64,000 bases of DNA, taken from NCBI GenBank assembly GCA_963725905.1, contig CAVSAG010000003.1, positions 193,546 to 257,545 on the forward strand, written 5' to 3'. Positions 1-8,670 of this stretch are shown here, one piece after another. Source of the DNA: an uncultured Pseudomonadota bacterium (lineage in GTDB: Bacteria; Myxococcota_A; Polyangia; Fen-1088). The translations under genes and the position numbers were made by a program. Positions within the stretch are counted from its first letter, which is position 1. Every line of letters begins with the position of its first letter. A model generated the notes under the pieces. That model was given only the letters and a program-made list of their open reading frames with translations, ran no database searches and was not told the DNA's origin.

Positions 1-1702
1 CCGGAATCGTGTCGGCGCCAAAGTCGATCGTCTCGGGCGGCGCCAGATTGAAGCCCACGTTGGGGTTGAAACCGGTGTTGAAATTGTACCCGCTCGATTC
101 GCGGGCCGCCGGCGCCGGCGCGGCCGGGGCGCGCACCGCCGGGCTGAACCCGCCCGGCGCCAGGTAGCCGCCCGGCCGCGGCAGGGCCCCGTGCTGTCCG
201 GGGAGGTAGGGAGGCGGCGCGGACATCGGCGGCGGCGTCGGGGGGAACTCATCGCCCACCACGGGGCCCGGCGTCGGCGGGATGTCGAACGGCGAGTCGG
301 GCAGCGGCGGCGGCGCGGTGGCGGCCGGCGGCAGAGGCGGTGGAATCGTATTTCGCCGCGGCGCTCGCGGTGGGGGTGGCGGCGCCACGAGGGCCGGCCG
401 CGCGAACGCCGACGGTGGCGGCATCGCCATCGGCGGCGGGGTGGCGCCCGGCGGCGGCGTGGCGTCGGGACCGGCGTGCCGCACGCGCGTGGGCACCTCG
501 TTCGGGTCCTCCTCCTCGATCGGGATCAGGATCCCGGGCGTTCCGGCCGCGGCGGCTGGAAGTCGGCGGTTGGGGTCCGACTTGGGGGTCGGCTTTTGCT
601 CCTTCGGCGGCACCGGTCCATTAACCATGTCGTTTCCGCTGACGACGTACAAGCCCGACGCTTCGACCACGCCGATCGACTGAGCTTCCTTCCCCTCCAG
701 CTCCTTGGCGGGGATTTTCTGGGTCGAGGGATCGCCCGACACAGTCGGGTTCTTGTCGTCGGTCAGCCACTTCTGCGGATCGCTCCCCAGGATGTAGCGG
801 AGGTGCTCGCCCAGCTGGGGCGCGGAATAGAGCAGCCCGTGGCGGTGCGCCACCTGCCGCAGCGCATCCGCGAAGGCGATCGAGTCCTGGTAGCGGTCGG
901 CGGGCTCGGGGGCCAGCGCCGTCTTCAGAACCACGTCGAGCGCGGTCGGCAGTCCGGCGCGTTTCAGCGACGGCGGCACGATCGGCTGCGCGTAGATGAC
1001 GTCGGCCGGTGTGCTCAGATCCCCGACGAAGAGGCGCTCGGCGGTCAGCGCCTCGTAGAGGCAAACAGCGACAGAGTAGAGGTCGGTCCGGTGGTCGATC
1101 GGCTGGCTGCGCGCCTGCTCGGGCGACATGTAGCCGACCTTGCCGCGCACCCGATAGAACGCCGACGAGTGGGTGGCGGCCTTGGCGATGCCGAAGTCCG
1201 ACAGCTTCACCTCCCCCTGGACGGAGCAGAGGATGTTCGACGGTGAGACGTCGCGGTGGATGATGGCCATCGACGAACCGGTCGAGGCGCGCCGGGTGTG
1301 CGCGTAGGCCAGCCCGGCCAGAACCTCGAGCGTGATGTGCAGCGCCGCCGCCGGGGACAGCTCGCGCCGGCGGAGCTTCGAGCGACGGATGATCGTGCGC
1401 AGGTCGACGCCCCGCACGTATTCCATCACGATGAACAGCGACTCGTCCGACTCGACCAGATCGAAGACGTGGACGATGTTGGCGTGGTCGAGCGTGGCGG
1501 AGATCTTGGCCTCGCGAAAGAACAGATCGCGGAACTCGGGGCGCGCCGTGTACTCGGGGAGGAGCTGCTTGAGCACGACCTCCTTCTCGAAGCCGCTCGG
1601 TCCCAGCTTCTTGCCGACGTAGATTGCGCCCATCCCCCCTTCGGTCAGGTACCGCTCGATGCGGTAGCGACGGGTGGGCATCTGCTCGGGGCTGGCGGCC
1701 AT
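1..1702 (-). CDS. Ser/Thr protein kinase (Hanks type), partial: C-terminus lies beyond the left window edge
   Basis: Absent from the ORF track because no stop lies in-window. My reverse-strand translation from ATG 1702 (alternative ATG 1681) gives MAASPEQMPTRRYRIERYLTEGGMGAIYVGKK ... IIHRDVSPSNIL ... KLSDFGIAKA ... VGYMSPEQ, then a long Pro-rich tail reaching position 1. Confidence 0.9.
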   Translation of the reverse strand, partial: MAASPEQMPTRRYRIERYLTEGGMGAIYVGKKLGPSGFEKEVVLKQLLPEYTARPEFRDLFFREAKISATLDHANIVHVFDLVESDESLFIVMEYVRGVDLRTIIRRSKLRRRELSPAAALHITLEVLAGLAYAHTRRASTGSSMAIIHRDVSPSNILCSVQGEVKLSDFGIAKAATHSSAFYRVRGKVGYMSPEQARSQPIDHRTDLYSVAVCLYEALTAERLFVGDLSTPADVIYAQPIVPPSLKRAGLPTALDVVLKTALAPEPADRYQDSIAFADALRQVAHRHGLLYSAPQLGEHLRYILGSDPQKWLTDDKNPTVSGDPSTQKIPAKELEGKEAQSIGVVEASGLYVVSGNDMVNGPVPPKEQKPTPKSDPNRRLPAAAAGTPGILIPIEEEDPNEVPTRVRHAGPDATPPPGATPPPMAMPPPSAFARPALVAPPPPPRAPRRNTIPPPLPPAATAPPPLPDSPFDIPPTPGPVVGDEFPPTPPPMSAPPPYLPGQHGALPRPGGYLAPGGFSPAVRAPAAPAPAARESSGYNFNTGFNPNVGFNLAPPETIDFGADTIP

Positions 1703-1738
1703 TCCGGTCGAGGGTAGGATCTCGACCCGCAAGATTCA

Positions 1739-2200
1739 ATGTCCAGTTACGCGCTTTACACGCTGCGCGACCTACGGGTGGCGGGCGAGAAGCAAGCTGA
1801 GCGGTCGCTGGGCGCGGCCGCGGCGGCCCTGCGTGCGGCCGAGGCGGCCGCCGTGCGTCTGGCGGCGCGTTTCGACGAGGCGCGTGCGGTCGAGGCGGCG
1901 GCGCGCGCGGCAGACCGGCCGGCCGGCACGGCGCTGGCGGCGCAGACCGAACGCCGGTTCTGGGCGCGCCTTGCCGGCGAGAGAGACGCGGCGGCGGCGG
2001 CGATCGATCGCCACCGTGCCGACGTGCTGCTCCCGGCGACGCAGGCCGAGGCGGCGGCGCGCGCCGCGCACCTGCGGGCCCGACAGCGTCGCGAGGTGGT
2101 CGACAAGGCGATCGCCCGCCGCGAATCCGCCGAGCGGCGCGACCGCGAGCGTCGCGCCGAGGCGGCGGCCGACGATCTCGGCCAACGGCGCGGGAAATAA
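1739..2200 (+). CDS. Ala/Arg-rich coiled-coil protein, function unknown
   Basis: 153-aa ORF with GC3-rich codons and heptad-like Ala/Arg/Glu composition. It is divergent from the kinase. No diagnostic motif. Confidence 0.55.
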   Translation: MSSYALYTLRDLRVAGEKQAERSLGAAAAALRAAEAAAVRLAARFDEARAVEAAARAADRPAGTALAAQTERRFWARLAGERDAAAAAIDRHRADVLLPATQAEAAARAAHLRARQRREVVDKAIARRESAERRDRERRAEAAADDLGQRRGK

Positions 2201-2240
2201 AAAGGCCCCGAGCGGCGCCAACCCCGGCACCGTCGGGGCC
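2195..2240 (-). terminator. Intrinsic terminator for the Fis-type regulator gene (possibly bidirectional)
   Basis: Stem GGCCCCGA (2204-2211) pairs with TCGGGGCC (2233-2240). On the minus strand it is followed by TTTTTATTT. It lies 30 nt downstream of the stop at 2270. Confidence 0.5.
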
Positions 2241-2269
2241 CACAAGCCCCCAGGAAACCTTAAAGCGAT

Positions 2270-2944
2270 CTACTTCGTCGCGATGCCGAGCTTCCGGATC
2301 ATCTCGCACATCGTCCGGTACGGAACGCCGGCGCGGCGCGCCGCCTCCTGCCGGCTGCCACTCTGGGTCAGCAGGCACCGGATGTAGCTCTCGCGGAAGC
2401 GCATCTCGGCCGTCGGCAGCGGCAGGCGCGCGGCGTCCAGCGCCGCGGTCCCCAGCGTCGGCGGCTCGGGCGCGGCGGCGATGGTCGCCGCGGCCGCCCG
2501 GCGCAGGTAGGCGCCGCGCGCGAGCGATGCGCCGGCGCGTACCAGCCAGGCCGCCATGCTCTGCGCCGGCACGATACGAGTGATCCCCAGCACCGCGGCC
2601 GCCGAGACCTCCGGCGCGTCCGGGTCGTCGCAATAGAAGATCACCTCGGCGTAGGGATTGCGCTGGACCGCCTCGGCACCGGTGGCCAGCGCCGAGACCT
2701 GTCGGCCCCCCAGCGCCAGCAGCACCAGGTCGGCCGGGAACAGATCCTGGCGCACCGTCCGGTTGTCGGGTCCGGTGACCACCACGATCGTGTCCGACGC
2801 CCCCTTCAGCGCCGCCGCGAGCGTCGAGGCCCGCAGCTGATTGTCGTCCACCAATACGACGCGCGCGGCTTCCGCCTGCCTTCGCGGTTCGAGCTCGTCA
2901 CGTTGACCCAAGGTTTGTGGCGTCGGATTCATCACGGCCTCCAT
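2270..2944 (-). CDS. Fis-type HTH DNA-binding protein with a degenerate receiver-like N-terminal domain
   Basis: The C-terminus reads SGSRQEAARRAGVPYRTMCEMIRKLGI, typical of a Fis/NtrC-type HTH. The N-terminus (VVLVDDN ... ADLVLLAL) is receiver-like. Confidence 0.8.
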   Translation of the reverse strand: MEAVMNPTPQTLGQRDELEPRRQAEAARVVLVDDNQLRASTLAAALKGASDTIVVVTGPDNRTVRQDLFPADLVLLALGGRQVSALATGAEAVQRNPYAEVIFYCDDPDAPEVSAAAVLGITRIVPAQSMAAWLVRAGASLARGAYLRRAAAATIAAAPEPPTLGTAALDAARLPLPTAEMRFRESYIRCLLTQSGSRQEAARRAGVPYRTMCEMIRKLGIATK

Positions 2945-3095
2945 AAGTCAGACGGACGCCCCGGCGGTTTCATGCAAACTTTGTGACGCGGCTCGCCGTC
3001 GCCGGGAACCTGGAAGCGCGAGGGGGCGAAAAAATCGAGTGGAAACGAGGCTGGCCGCGGGCGTCAGATTTGGATAGGCTGCGCCCCCGCAGTAC

Positions 3096-3169
3096 GGGCG
3101 CGTAGCTCATTTGGATAGAGTACCGGCCTCCGAAGCCGGGGGTAGTGGGTTCGAATCCCGCCGCGCCCA
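3096..3169 (+). tRNA. tRNA-Arg (anticodon CCG)
   Basis: Cloverleaf folded by hand. Acceptor GGGCGCG/CGCGCCC; D stem GCTC/GAGT; anticodon stem CCGGC/GCCGG with loop CTCCGAA (anticodon CCG); T arm GTGGG-TTCGAAT-CCCGC; discriminator A. CCA is not encoded. Confidence 0.93.
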
Positions 3170-3387
3170 CCCCATCGAAGTCATCGGAATCGATCGAAGC
3201 CGCTGGCCCGATTTTTCCGTCAGAGACGGCGATCGGGCCCGGATGTAGCACAGATGTACAAGCCGATCGGGAATGGCTGCTGAAGTCGGGGACTCGCTGG
3301 ACGGTTTTGGCTCAGCCTGCCGCTCGATGTCGGCGGCGAGATCCTCGGCCTCCTTTTGGACCTCGCAGATATCTCAGTCAGGCTTGC

Positions 3388-3411
3388 ATATACGTGAGTA
3401 CTCACGTATAT
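3388..3411. promoter_or_regulatory. Perfect 24-bp palindrome, probable MarR operator overlapping a -10-like TATATT
   Basis: ATATACGTGAGT/ACTCACGTATAT lies 17 nt upstream of the marR-family start at 3428, in a locally AT-rich patch. Confidence 0.6.
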
Positions 3412-3427
3412 TAATGAGCACTCAACT

Positions 3428-3856
3428 ATGTCTCCACCTGACGCGCACCTCGACTTCTTCTTGAGCCTCAACCGCGTCCATTCGCTCGTCAGCCGCCGAT
3501 TCGACGCCGAGCTGGGTGGGCTGCATGGCGTGGGTCTGAACGACTTCCACCTCCTGCGCGCCCTCGACGAAGCGCCCGAGCGGCGTCTCCGGCGCGTCGA
3601 CCTCGCGCAGCAGCTTGGCCTCACTCCATCGGGTGTGACCTGGATTCTGCGGCCGCTCATCAAGCGACGCCTGGTGACCAACGAAGCGAGCAAAGCCGAC
3701 GCGCGCGTGGCTTTCGCCGTCCTCACGCCGGCCGGCCAACGGCTGATTGCCGACGTCCGGCCTTCGGCGCGCCGTCTTGCCCGTGCGATACTGGATCAAC
3801 ACCCTGCCTCGCCGGAAGCAGCCCGCGCCGCCGCCTTCATCTCCCGCCTGGGATGA
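3428..3856 (+). CDS. MarR family transcriptional regulator
   Basis: 142 aa. Winged-helix region RLRRVDLAQQLGLTPSGVTWILRPLIKRRLV ... DARVAFAVLTPAG, typical of MarR. Confidence 0.9.
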   Translation: MSPPDAHLDFFLSLNRVHSLVSRRFDAELGGLHGVGLNDFHLLRALDEAPERRLRRVDLAQQLGLTPSGVTWILRPLIKRRLVTNEASKADARVAFAVLTPAGQRLIADVRPSARRLARAILDQHPASPEAARAAAFISRLG

Positions 3857-3862
3857 TCACGG

Positions 3863-4636
3863 ATGCTTCGTCGAACCGTGGCCTTCGTGATCGTCGCGCT
3901 CGCCGGGCATGCGGCGGTCGCGCGAGCGACAGAGCCCGACGCACACCAACTGCTGCGTGCCGTCGACGAGCGGCAGCAGAACGTCGGCGACTGGCGCAGC
4001 GTCGTTTACCTCGAGCAGCGCGAGAAGGGGCGTGACCTCCTGGTGTACGAGACGATCTCCATGCGGCGCAGCGCGGACCGCGAGTTCGTGATGCTGTTCA
4101 CCAAACCCAAGGCGGTGGCTGGCCAGGGATATCTTCGCATCGACCGGAACCTGTGGTTCTACGACTCCAGCGTCGGTCGCTGGGAGCGCCGGACGGAACG
4201 CGAGCGCATCGGGGGCACCGGCTCGCGCCGTTCCGACTTCGACGAGTGGCACCTGTCCGACGAGTACGAAGCCGAGGACGGTGGCCCCCAGATGGTCGGC
4301 CAGCAGCCCACGCGGCTCCTCCTCCTCAGGGCGAAGCCCGGAATCGACGTCGCATTCCCGGTGATTCACCTGTGGGTCGACGAGCACGCGAAGATCGTCC
4401 TCAAGCGACAGGAGTTCGCGCTGTCCGGCCGACTGCTGCGAACGACTTACTACCCGAGGTGGGACCGGATCTACAGTCCGGCGAAGCGCGCCGAAGTCTG
4501 GTACCCAAAAGAGATCCGTCTCTACGACGAGCTCGAGGCCGGCAAGTCGACCCTCCTGCTGATAAGAGACGTCGACGCCACCCCCCTACCGGAGAACATC
4601 TTCACGAAGGCCTGGCTCGAGCGCCAGAGCCGCTGA
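3863..4636 (+). CDS. LolA-like outer-membrane lipoprotein-sorting family protein (secreted)
   Basis: Signal peptide VALAGHAAVARA. The length and the YLRIDRNLWFYDSSVGRWERR / TYYPRWDRI pattern resemble the LolA-like family. Starts 7 nt after the marR stop. Confidence 0.6.
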   Translation: MLRRTVAFVIVALAGHAAVARATEPDAHQLLRAVDERQQNVGDWRSVVYLEQREKGRDLLVYETISMRRSADREFVMLFTKPKAVAGQGYLRIDRNLWFYDSSVGRWERRTERERIGGTGSRRSDFDEWHLSDEYEAEDGGPQMVGQQPTRLLLLRAKPGIDVAFPVIHLWVDEHAKIVLKRQEFALSGRLLRTTYYPRWDRIYSPAKRAEVWYPKEIRLYDELEAGKSTLLLIRDVDATPLPENIFTKAWLERQSR

Positions 4637-4694
4637 ATCGTCACGTTGCGAATCCGCTGGCTATCGGTCCTCTCCTCACCGCGTGACGCTTCGT

Positions 4695-5756
4695 TCAGGG
4701 AGAAACGAACGTGTACCGCTCGGGGTCACCCCACTCCGGGCCGGTGTAGATCCAGAGCTGTCGCGGTGTTGTTTGGTAGGTCTCGCCCGCCGACAGGATC
4801 GAAACGCCGGCCGCGGTGTTGATGGTGATGTCCGTCTGGCAGTTCGCACCGACGAGCACGGTTGCGGTGCCGGTCTCGGCGGCGGAAGTACCCCGGATCA
4901 GCCCGGCCGTCGGATCGTCGTGCAGGAAGTAAAATGACCCGTCCGCCGAGAGCTCGATCCCGTCGTGGGGAGGAGCGCCGGGCATCGATCCGCCGCACCG
5001 CGACCAACGTCCCACGAGCTGGGCGAGCGCCAGGTCGGAGGTGCACGCCTGGTAATTGATGAGGGTGTCGGGGGGCGGGGTGCAGTCGCCGCTGCGCGTG
5101 GGATCCGGCTGGGGCGCGCACCGCACGCTGCCCGTCGGCACGCTGGGATCGATGACGTAGTTGCCCACGAAGACGCCGTTGTTGTCGAGGCGCATCGCCT
5201 GCGGCGTCGACGCGAAGACGGGCGCCGTGATGACGGTCCCGCTCCCGGAGATGTCGAAGTTCACCTGGAAGTGGTCGCCGAAGCCGTCGCCGACGGCGAG
5301 GGCGGTCCAGGTGCCCTCCTGGTCCCACCCCGCACCGCGGATGGTGGTCCCGCCTTGCGCCTCGTAGAGCTTGTACCAGTGATTGTCGGCCGTGATCTCC
5401 AGCCCGATGTCACCTCCGTCCACCGCGAAGACCGACTCGTTCCCACACAGAATCCACCTCCCCGTCATGGCAGCGACGAGGTCGGACATCGACTGCACGG
5501 TGATGGTCCCCGTCGGGCTCTGAGAGCAGAGCGGTGAGGCGGGCAGCGGGGCGCAGATGGGTCCGTCGTATCCGGAAGAAGCGTCTGCCGTGGACTCGCT
5601 CCCTGGGGCGGAGGCGTCGGCCGTCGTTCCGGGCATGACAGAGCTGTCCGACCCGGTGGGCTTTGGACCTGGCTGCAGTGGTTCGCCGCTGCAGGCCACC
5701 ACCATCGATACTCCAAAGAAAAGCCAGGCCTTAGGCATGAAACGGCTCCCTCTCAT
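4695..5756 (-). CDS. Lipoprotein with an internally duplicated domain, function unknown
   Basis: Lipobox in MRGSRFMPKAWLFFGVSMVVAC. There are two similar halves (LVAAMTGRWILCGNESVF ... GLEITADNHWYKLY versus LAQLVGRWSRCGGSMPG ... GIELSADGSFYFLH). The start is chosen inside ORF 4695..5786. Confidence 0.7.
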   Translation of the reverse strand: MRGSRFMPKAWLFFGVSMVVACSGEPLQPGPKPTGSDSSVMPGTTADASAPGSESTADASSGYDGPICAPLPASPLCSQSPTGTITVQSMSDLVAAMTGRWILCGNESVFAVDGGDIGLEITADNHWYKLYEAQGGTTIRGAGWDQEGTWTALAVGDGFGDHFQVNFDISGSGTVITAPVFASTPQAMRLDNNGVFVGNYVIDPSVPTGSVRCAPQPDPTRSGDCTPPPDTLINYQACTSDLALAQLVGRWSRCGGSMPGAPPHDGIELSADGSFYFLHDDPTAGLIRGTSAAETGTATVLVGANCQTDITINTAAGVSILSAGETYQTTPRQLWIYTGPEWGDPERYTFVSP

Positions 5757-5911
5757 GCACTTTGACGACAGCAACCAGCGTACCACCAGCGCGACTCCCG
5801 CAGCGCCCGCAGGGCCCAGCCAGGCGCCGGCCGGCGGCTAGGCCGGCTACCGGGCGGCACGTCGTCGGGCATGGTTCGCTTCGCTCACCGTTGCCTTACG
5901 GCAACGCCCTC

Positions 5912-7249
5912 CTAGGGGATCAAGCGCACGATCTGTGCGTTGGTCTCGTCGGTGAACCAGATGTTCCCGTCGGATCCAGCGGCGATGCCGCCGACGGTGA
6001 CGGGATTCGAGAGCGGGAACTCGGTGATGCTCCCGAGCGTCGTGATCCGCGCAATCGCGGTGGTTCCCTCGTTGAACCACACGTTTCCGTCGGGACCGGT
6101 GCCGATCATTTCGGGCCCGCCGTTCAGGGTGGAAGTCGCGAATTCGACCATGCTCCCGCTTGGCGCGACCCTCCCGATGTGTCCGCCCCCATCGGCAAAC
6201 CAGACGTTTCCATCGGCTCCCCCCGTGAGGAACTCGTTCCCGAAGCTGGCTATCGGAATCCCGAACTCGGCGAAGTTCCCGCTCGGCGTCACGCGGCCGA
6301 TCTGGTTGGCGAGGCGCTCGACGAACCAGAGATTGCCGTCGGCCCCAGCGGTTATGCCCGCGACCTCTGCGGCGGGTGTCGGGATCGCGAACAACGTGAT
6401 GATGCCGGAGGGCGTGATCCGGCCGACGTTGTTGCCGGTGGAGTCGGTAAACCAGACGTTTCCGTCGGGCCCCGAGCAGATCCTCAATCCGCTCGCGTTC
6501 GGGAACAAGGTCACCTCCCCGGTTGGCGTCATTCGGCCGATCTCAGCCCCGAACGGGAAGTCGAACTGCACATCCGTGAACCAGAAGTTGCCGTCGGCCC
6601 CGACCGCGATGCCGACGGGATTGGAGTTTGGCAGCGTCGAGGGCAACGGAAACTCCGTGATCGCGCCGGCGGTGGTGACGCGTCCGATTTGGTTGGCTTG
6701 CAGCTCGGTGAACCAGAGGGCCCCATCCGGTCCCGGCACGATGCTGAACGGCTCGCTGTTCGCCGTCGGCACCCGAAATGCGGTGACCTGTCCGGCGTTG
6801 CCGTTCCCGAAGTCGAGCCCGACCACGCCCTGACCCATCGTCGTGGCCAGCCGCATGACGAAGGTGATGTTGACCGGCGTGCTGGCGGTGACGTTGGTGA
6901 CGATCGGATCGCTGATCCAAGTCGGCGTCGCGGTGGCCACCTGGGCGCACGGGACGGAAAACGCCGACGCCGTGAAGGTGTCGGTCCCGAGCGGCAGCCC
7001 CGTGAGATTGAACGCGGTGCTGCTCTGGACAGGCAGGCCGAACTGAAAACTGACCGTGGTCGTTCCGGCCACCTGGATGACGGCGCACTGGGCGCTCGGC
7101 GGAGCGAGCTCGATCGCGGCTATGGCCACGCCGAGCTCCCCGGTCGCGACCGCTCCGCCAGGCGGCGGCACCGCGCCGTCGCCCTCGCACCCCAGTCCAC
7201 CGATCAACAGCAACGACAACGATGAAACGACGACAAATGGACTTCGCAT
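5912..7249 (-). CDS. Secreted virginiamycin-B-lyase (Vgb)-like beta-propeller repeat protein
   Basis: Reiterated GPDG(N/A)(L/V)WFT(E/D) ... IGR(V/I)TP(S/T)G blades, as in the Vgb family. Probable start MRSPFVVVSSLSLLLIGGLGC (lipobox) at 7249, inside ORF 5912..7396. An Ig-like N-terminal region is present. Confidence 0.8.
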   Translation of the reverse strand: MRSPFVVVSSLSLLLIGGLGCEGDGAVPPPGGAVATGELGVAIAAIELAPPSAQCAVIQVAGTTTVSFQFGLPVQSSTAFNLTGLPLGTDTFTASAFSVPCAQVATATPTWISDPIVTNVTASTPVNITFVMRLATTMGQGVVGLDFGNGNAGQVTAFRVPTANSEPFSIVPGPDGALWFTELQANQIGRVTTAGAITEFPLPSTLPNSNPVGIAVGADGNFWFTDVQFDFPFGAEIGRMTPTGEVTLFPNASGLRICSGPDGNVWFTDSTGNNVGRITPSGIITLFAIPTPAAEVAGITAGADGNLWFVERLANQIGRVTPSGNFAEFGIPIASFGNEFLTGGADGNVWFADGGGHIGRVAPSGSMVEFATSTLNGGPEMIGTGPDGNVWFNEGTTAIARITTLGSITEFPLSNPVTVGGIAAGSDGNIWFTDETNAQIVRLIP

Positions 7250-7439
7250 CAGCGCCCTCCTTTTCCCGCAACCGCCCCGCGGCCAACCGCCACACACGGT
7301 ACTTGGGCTGAGTATGACGAGGGTTAGAAATTTGCAATCACCCGCAGTGCAACTCTTTGCTACCTGTTCCGGCAACGGTCCGCCGTTTGGTCGCATACAG
7401 TTTTTCCCGTAGGCGCCGCCGGGCGCGCCCGGCCGTTAA

Positions 7440-7480
7440 CTCCGAAGCCGGGGGTAGTGGTCGAATCCCGCCGCGCCCAC
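7440..7480 (+). repeat. Displaced copy of the tRNA-Arg 3' half (att-like direct repeat)
   Basis: CTCCGAAGCCGGGGGTAGTGG--TCGAATCCCGCCGCGCCCAC matches 3128-3170 except for a 2-nt gap in the T arm. Confidence 0.85.
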
Positions 7481-7529
7481 GAGTCAGTCCCGCAGTTTCA
7501 CGGGGTGCGATATTCTCGTTCAGGGTGCG

Positions 7530-8555
7530 GTGAGCTCGAGGGTCACACGCAGGACGGCTCTGCTCGGTGTGAGTGGCTACATAGCCTTCCGACTCGCTCG
7601 CTCCTTTCCGGGGATTCGGCCTGGTTTGCCGGTGGTCCTGCAGGAAGGTGGCGACTATGTATGGACCATCTCGGTGTCGCCCTCCGGGCGTTTCGCTGCC
7701 TCGGGCCACGTAGCTCTTTCTCGGCCGAGAGGTGGAGGCGTCATCATCTGGGACCTCGAGCGACGACGCGCGGTCGGCCGCTACGAAACGCGCCTCGGAA
7801 TATCGAGCGTCGCCTTCTCGCCCGACGAGACGTTGCTCCTGGTTGCGGGCCGGAGCGACAGCGCAAAAATCCTTCGCCGGGACGGGGGAGCGGTCCTGCG
7901 GGAGCTCCGGCTCTGTGGTGGATGCTGGGGCTTCAAGGGTTCGTTTGCGCCAGACGGTGACCGAGTGACTTTGTTCGAAGGCACGCTTGGGTATCCGGGC
8001 CACGACGGCGAGCCGGTGACGAAGGTCTGGGACGTCAAGACGGGCCAGGTGCTGCGTGCCTTTCCCCGGCCGGCCACCGCCTTCACTCAGGACGCACAGC
8101 TGGCGATCGAGGGGAATGGAGCTCTCTGGAATTTGCTCGACGGTCGTGACGTAGGTGTCCGTCGCCCGCCTCGCGACGCGGACTGGACAGTCAGAACCCT
8201 GGCCGGCGATGGCCGGCTCGCTCTCGTATCGTCCCTTTCGGCCAACGCCGGTCCCGTGGGCCTGTGGGATCCCATCCGTGGTTCCGATGTGAAGCGGCTG
8301 ACCGGGCACACAGCCCAGGTTCTGTCGGGCGCTTTTACGAGCGACGGCAAGCGGGTAGCCACGGGCGCTGGAGAGAAACGCAACGGATGGCAGGACTGCA
8401 CCGTGCGCATCTGGGATACGTCCTCGGCGCGTGAGCTCGCGACCCTCCGTGGACATGAAACGGGCGTCACTGCGGTCGCAGGCTCGCCGAACGGACACCG
8501 CGTCGTCTCCGGCGATGTCGCGGGTCGGATTAACCTTTGGGAGGTTTCGGACTGA
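7530..8555 (+). CDS. WD40 repeat protein
   Basis: Repeated VAFSPD/FAPDG ... WD motifs (IIWDLE, KVWDVKTG, VRIWDTSS, INLWEV). Confidence 0.85.
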   Translation: MSSRVTRRTALLGVSGYIAFRLARSFPGIRPGLPVVLQEGGDYVWTISVSPSGRFAASGHVALSRPRGGGVIIWDLERRRAVGRYETRLGISSVAFSPDETLLLVAGRSDSAKILRRDGGAVLRELRLCGGCWGFKGSFAPDGDRVTLFEGTLGYPGHDGEPVTKVWDVKTGQVLRAFPRPATAFTQDAQLAIEGNGALWNLLDGRDVGVRRPPRDADWTVRTLAGDGRLALVSSLSANAGPVGLWDPIRGSDVKRLTGHTAQVLSGAFTSDGKRVATGAGEKRNGWQDCTVRIWDTSSARELATLRGHETGVTAVAGSPNGHRVVSGDVAGRINLWEVSD

Positions 8556-8670
8556 CCAAAGAGAGCAACTGCGGGACAGCTCTTTGGGCCGAGCGGCAGA
8601 AGTACGGGACGGAACCGGACGAAAATCCGCGCGCTTCCTGGGTAGTCAGAGACACGCCGGTTCGTTTATA

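Larger units (their letters stand above)
3128..7480. mobile_element. Putative decayed tRNA-Arg-associated genomic island (no integrase visible)
   Basis: The 43-nt tRNA 3' half (3128-3170) is repeated directly at 7440-7480, with one 2-nt deletion. The four enclosed genes are accessory-type. AT-richer patches occur at 3220-3425 and 7250-7440. Confidence 0.45.

Noticed and set aside
1739-2200. Assignment of the coiled-coil ORF as a FliJ/SctO-type export-apparatus stalk protein.
   Set aside because: The resemblance is only in size and Ala/Arg/Glu coiled-coil composition. No secretion-system genes are nearby. It is kept as a hypothetical protein.
3170-3427. An integrase or excisionase remnant next to the tRNA.
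   Set aside because: Translating both strands by eye gave only short, motif-less stretches. No tyrosine-recombinase R..HxxR..Y pattern can be supported from this sequence.
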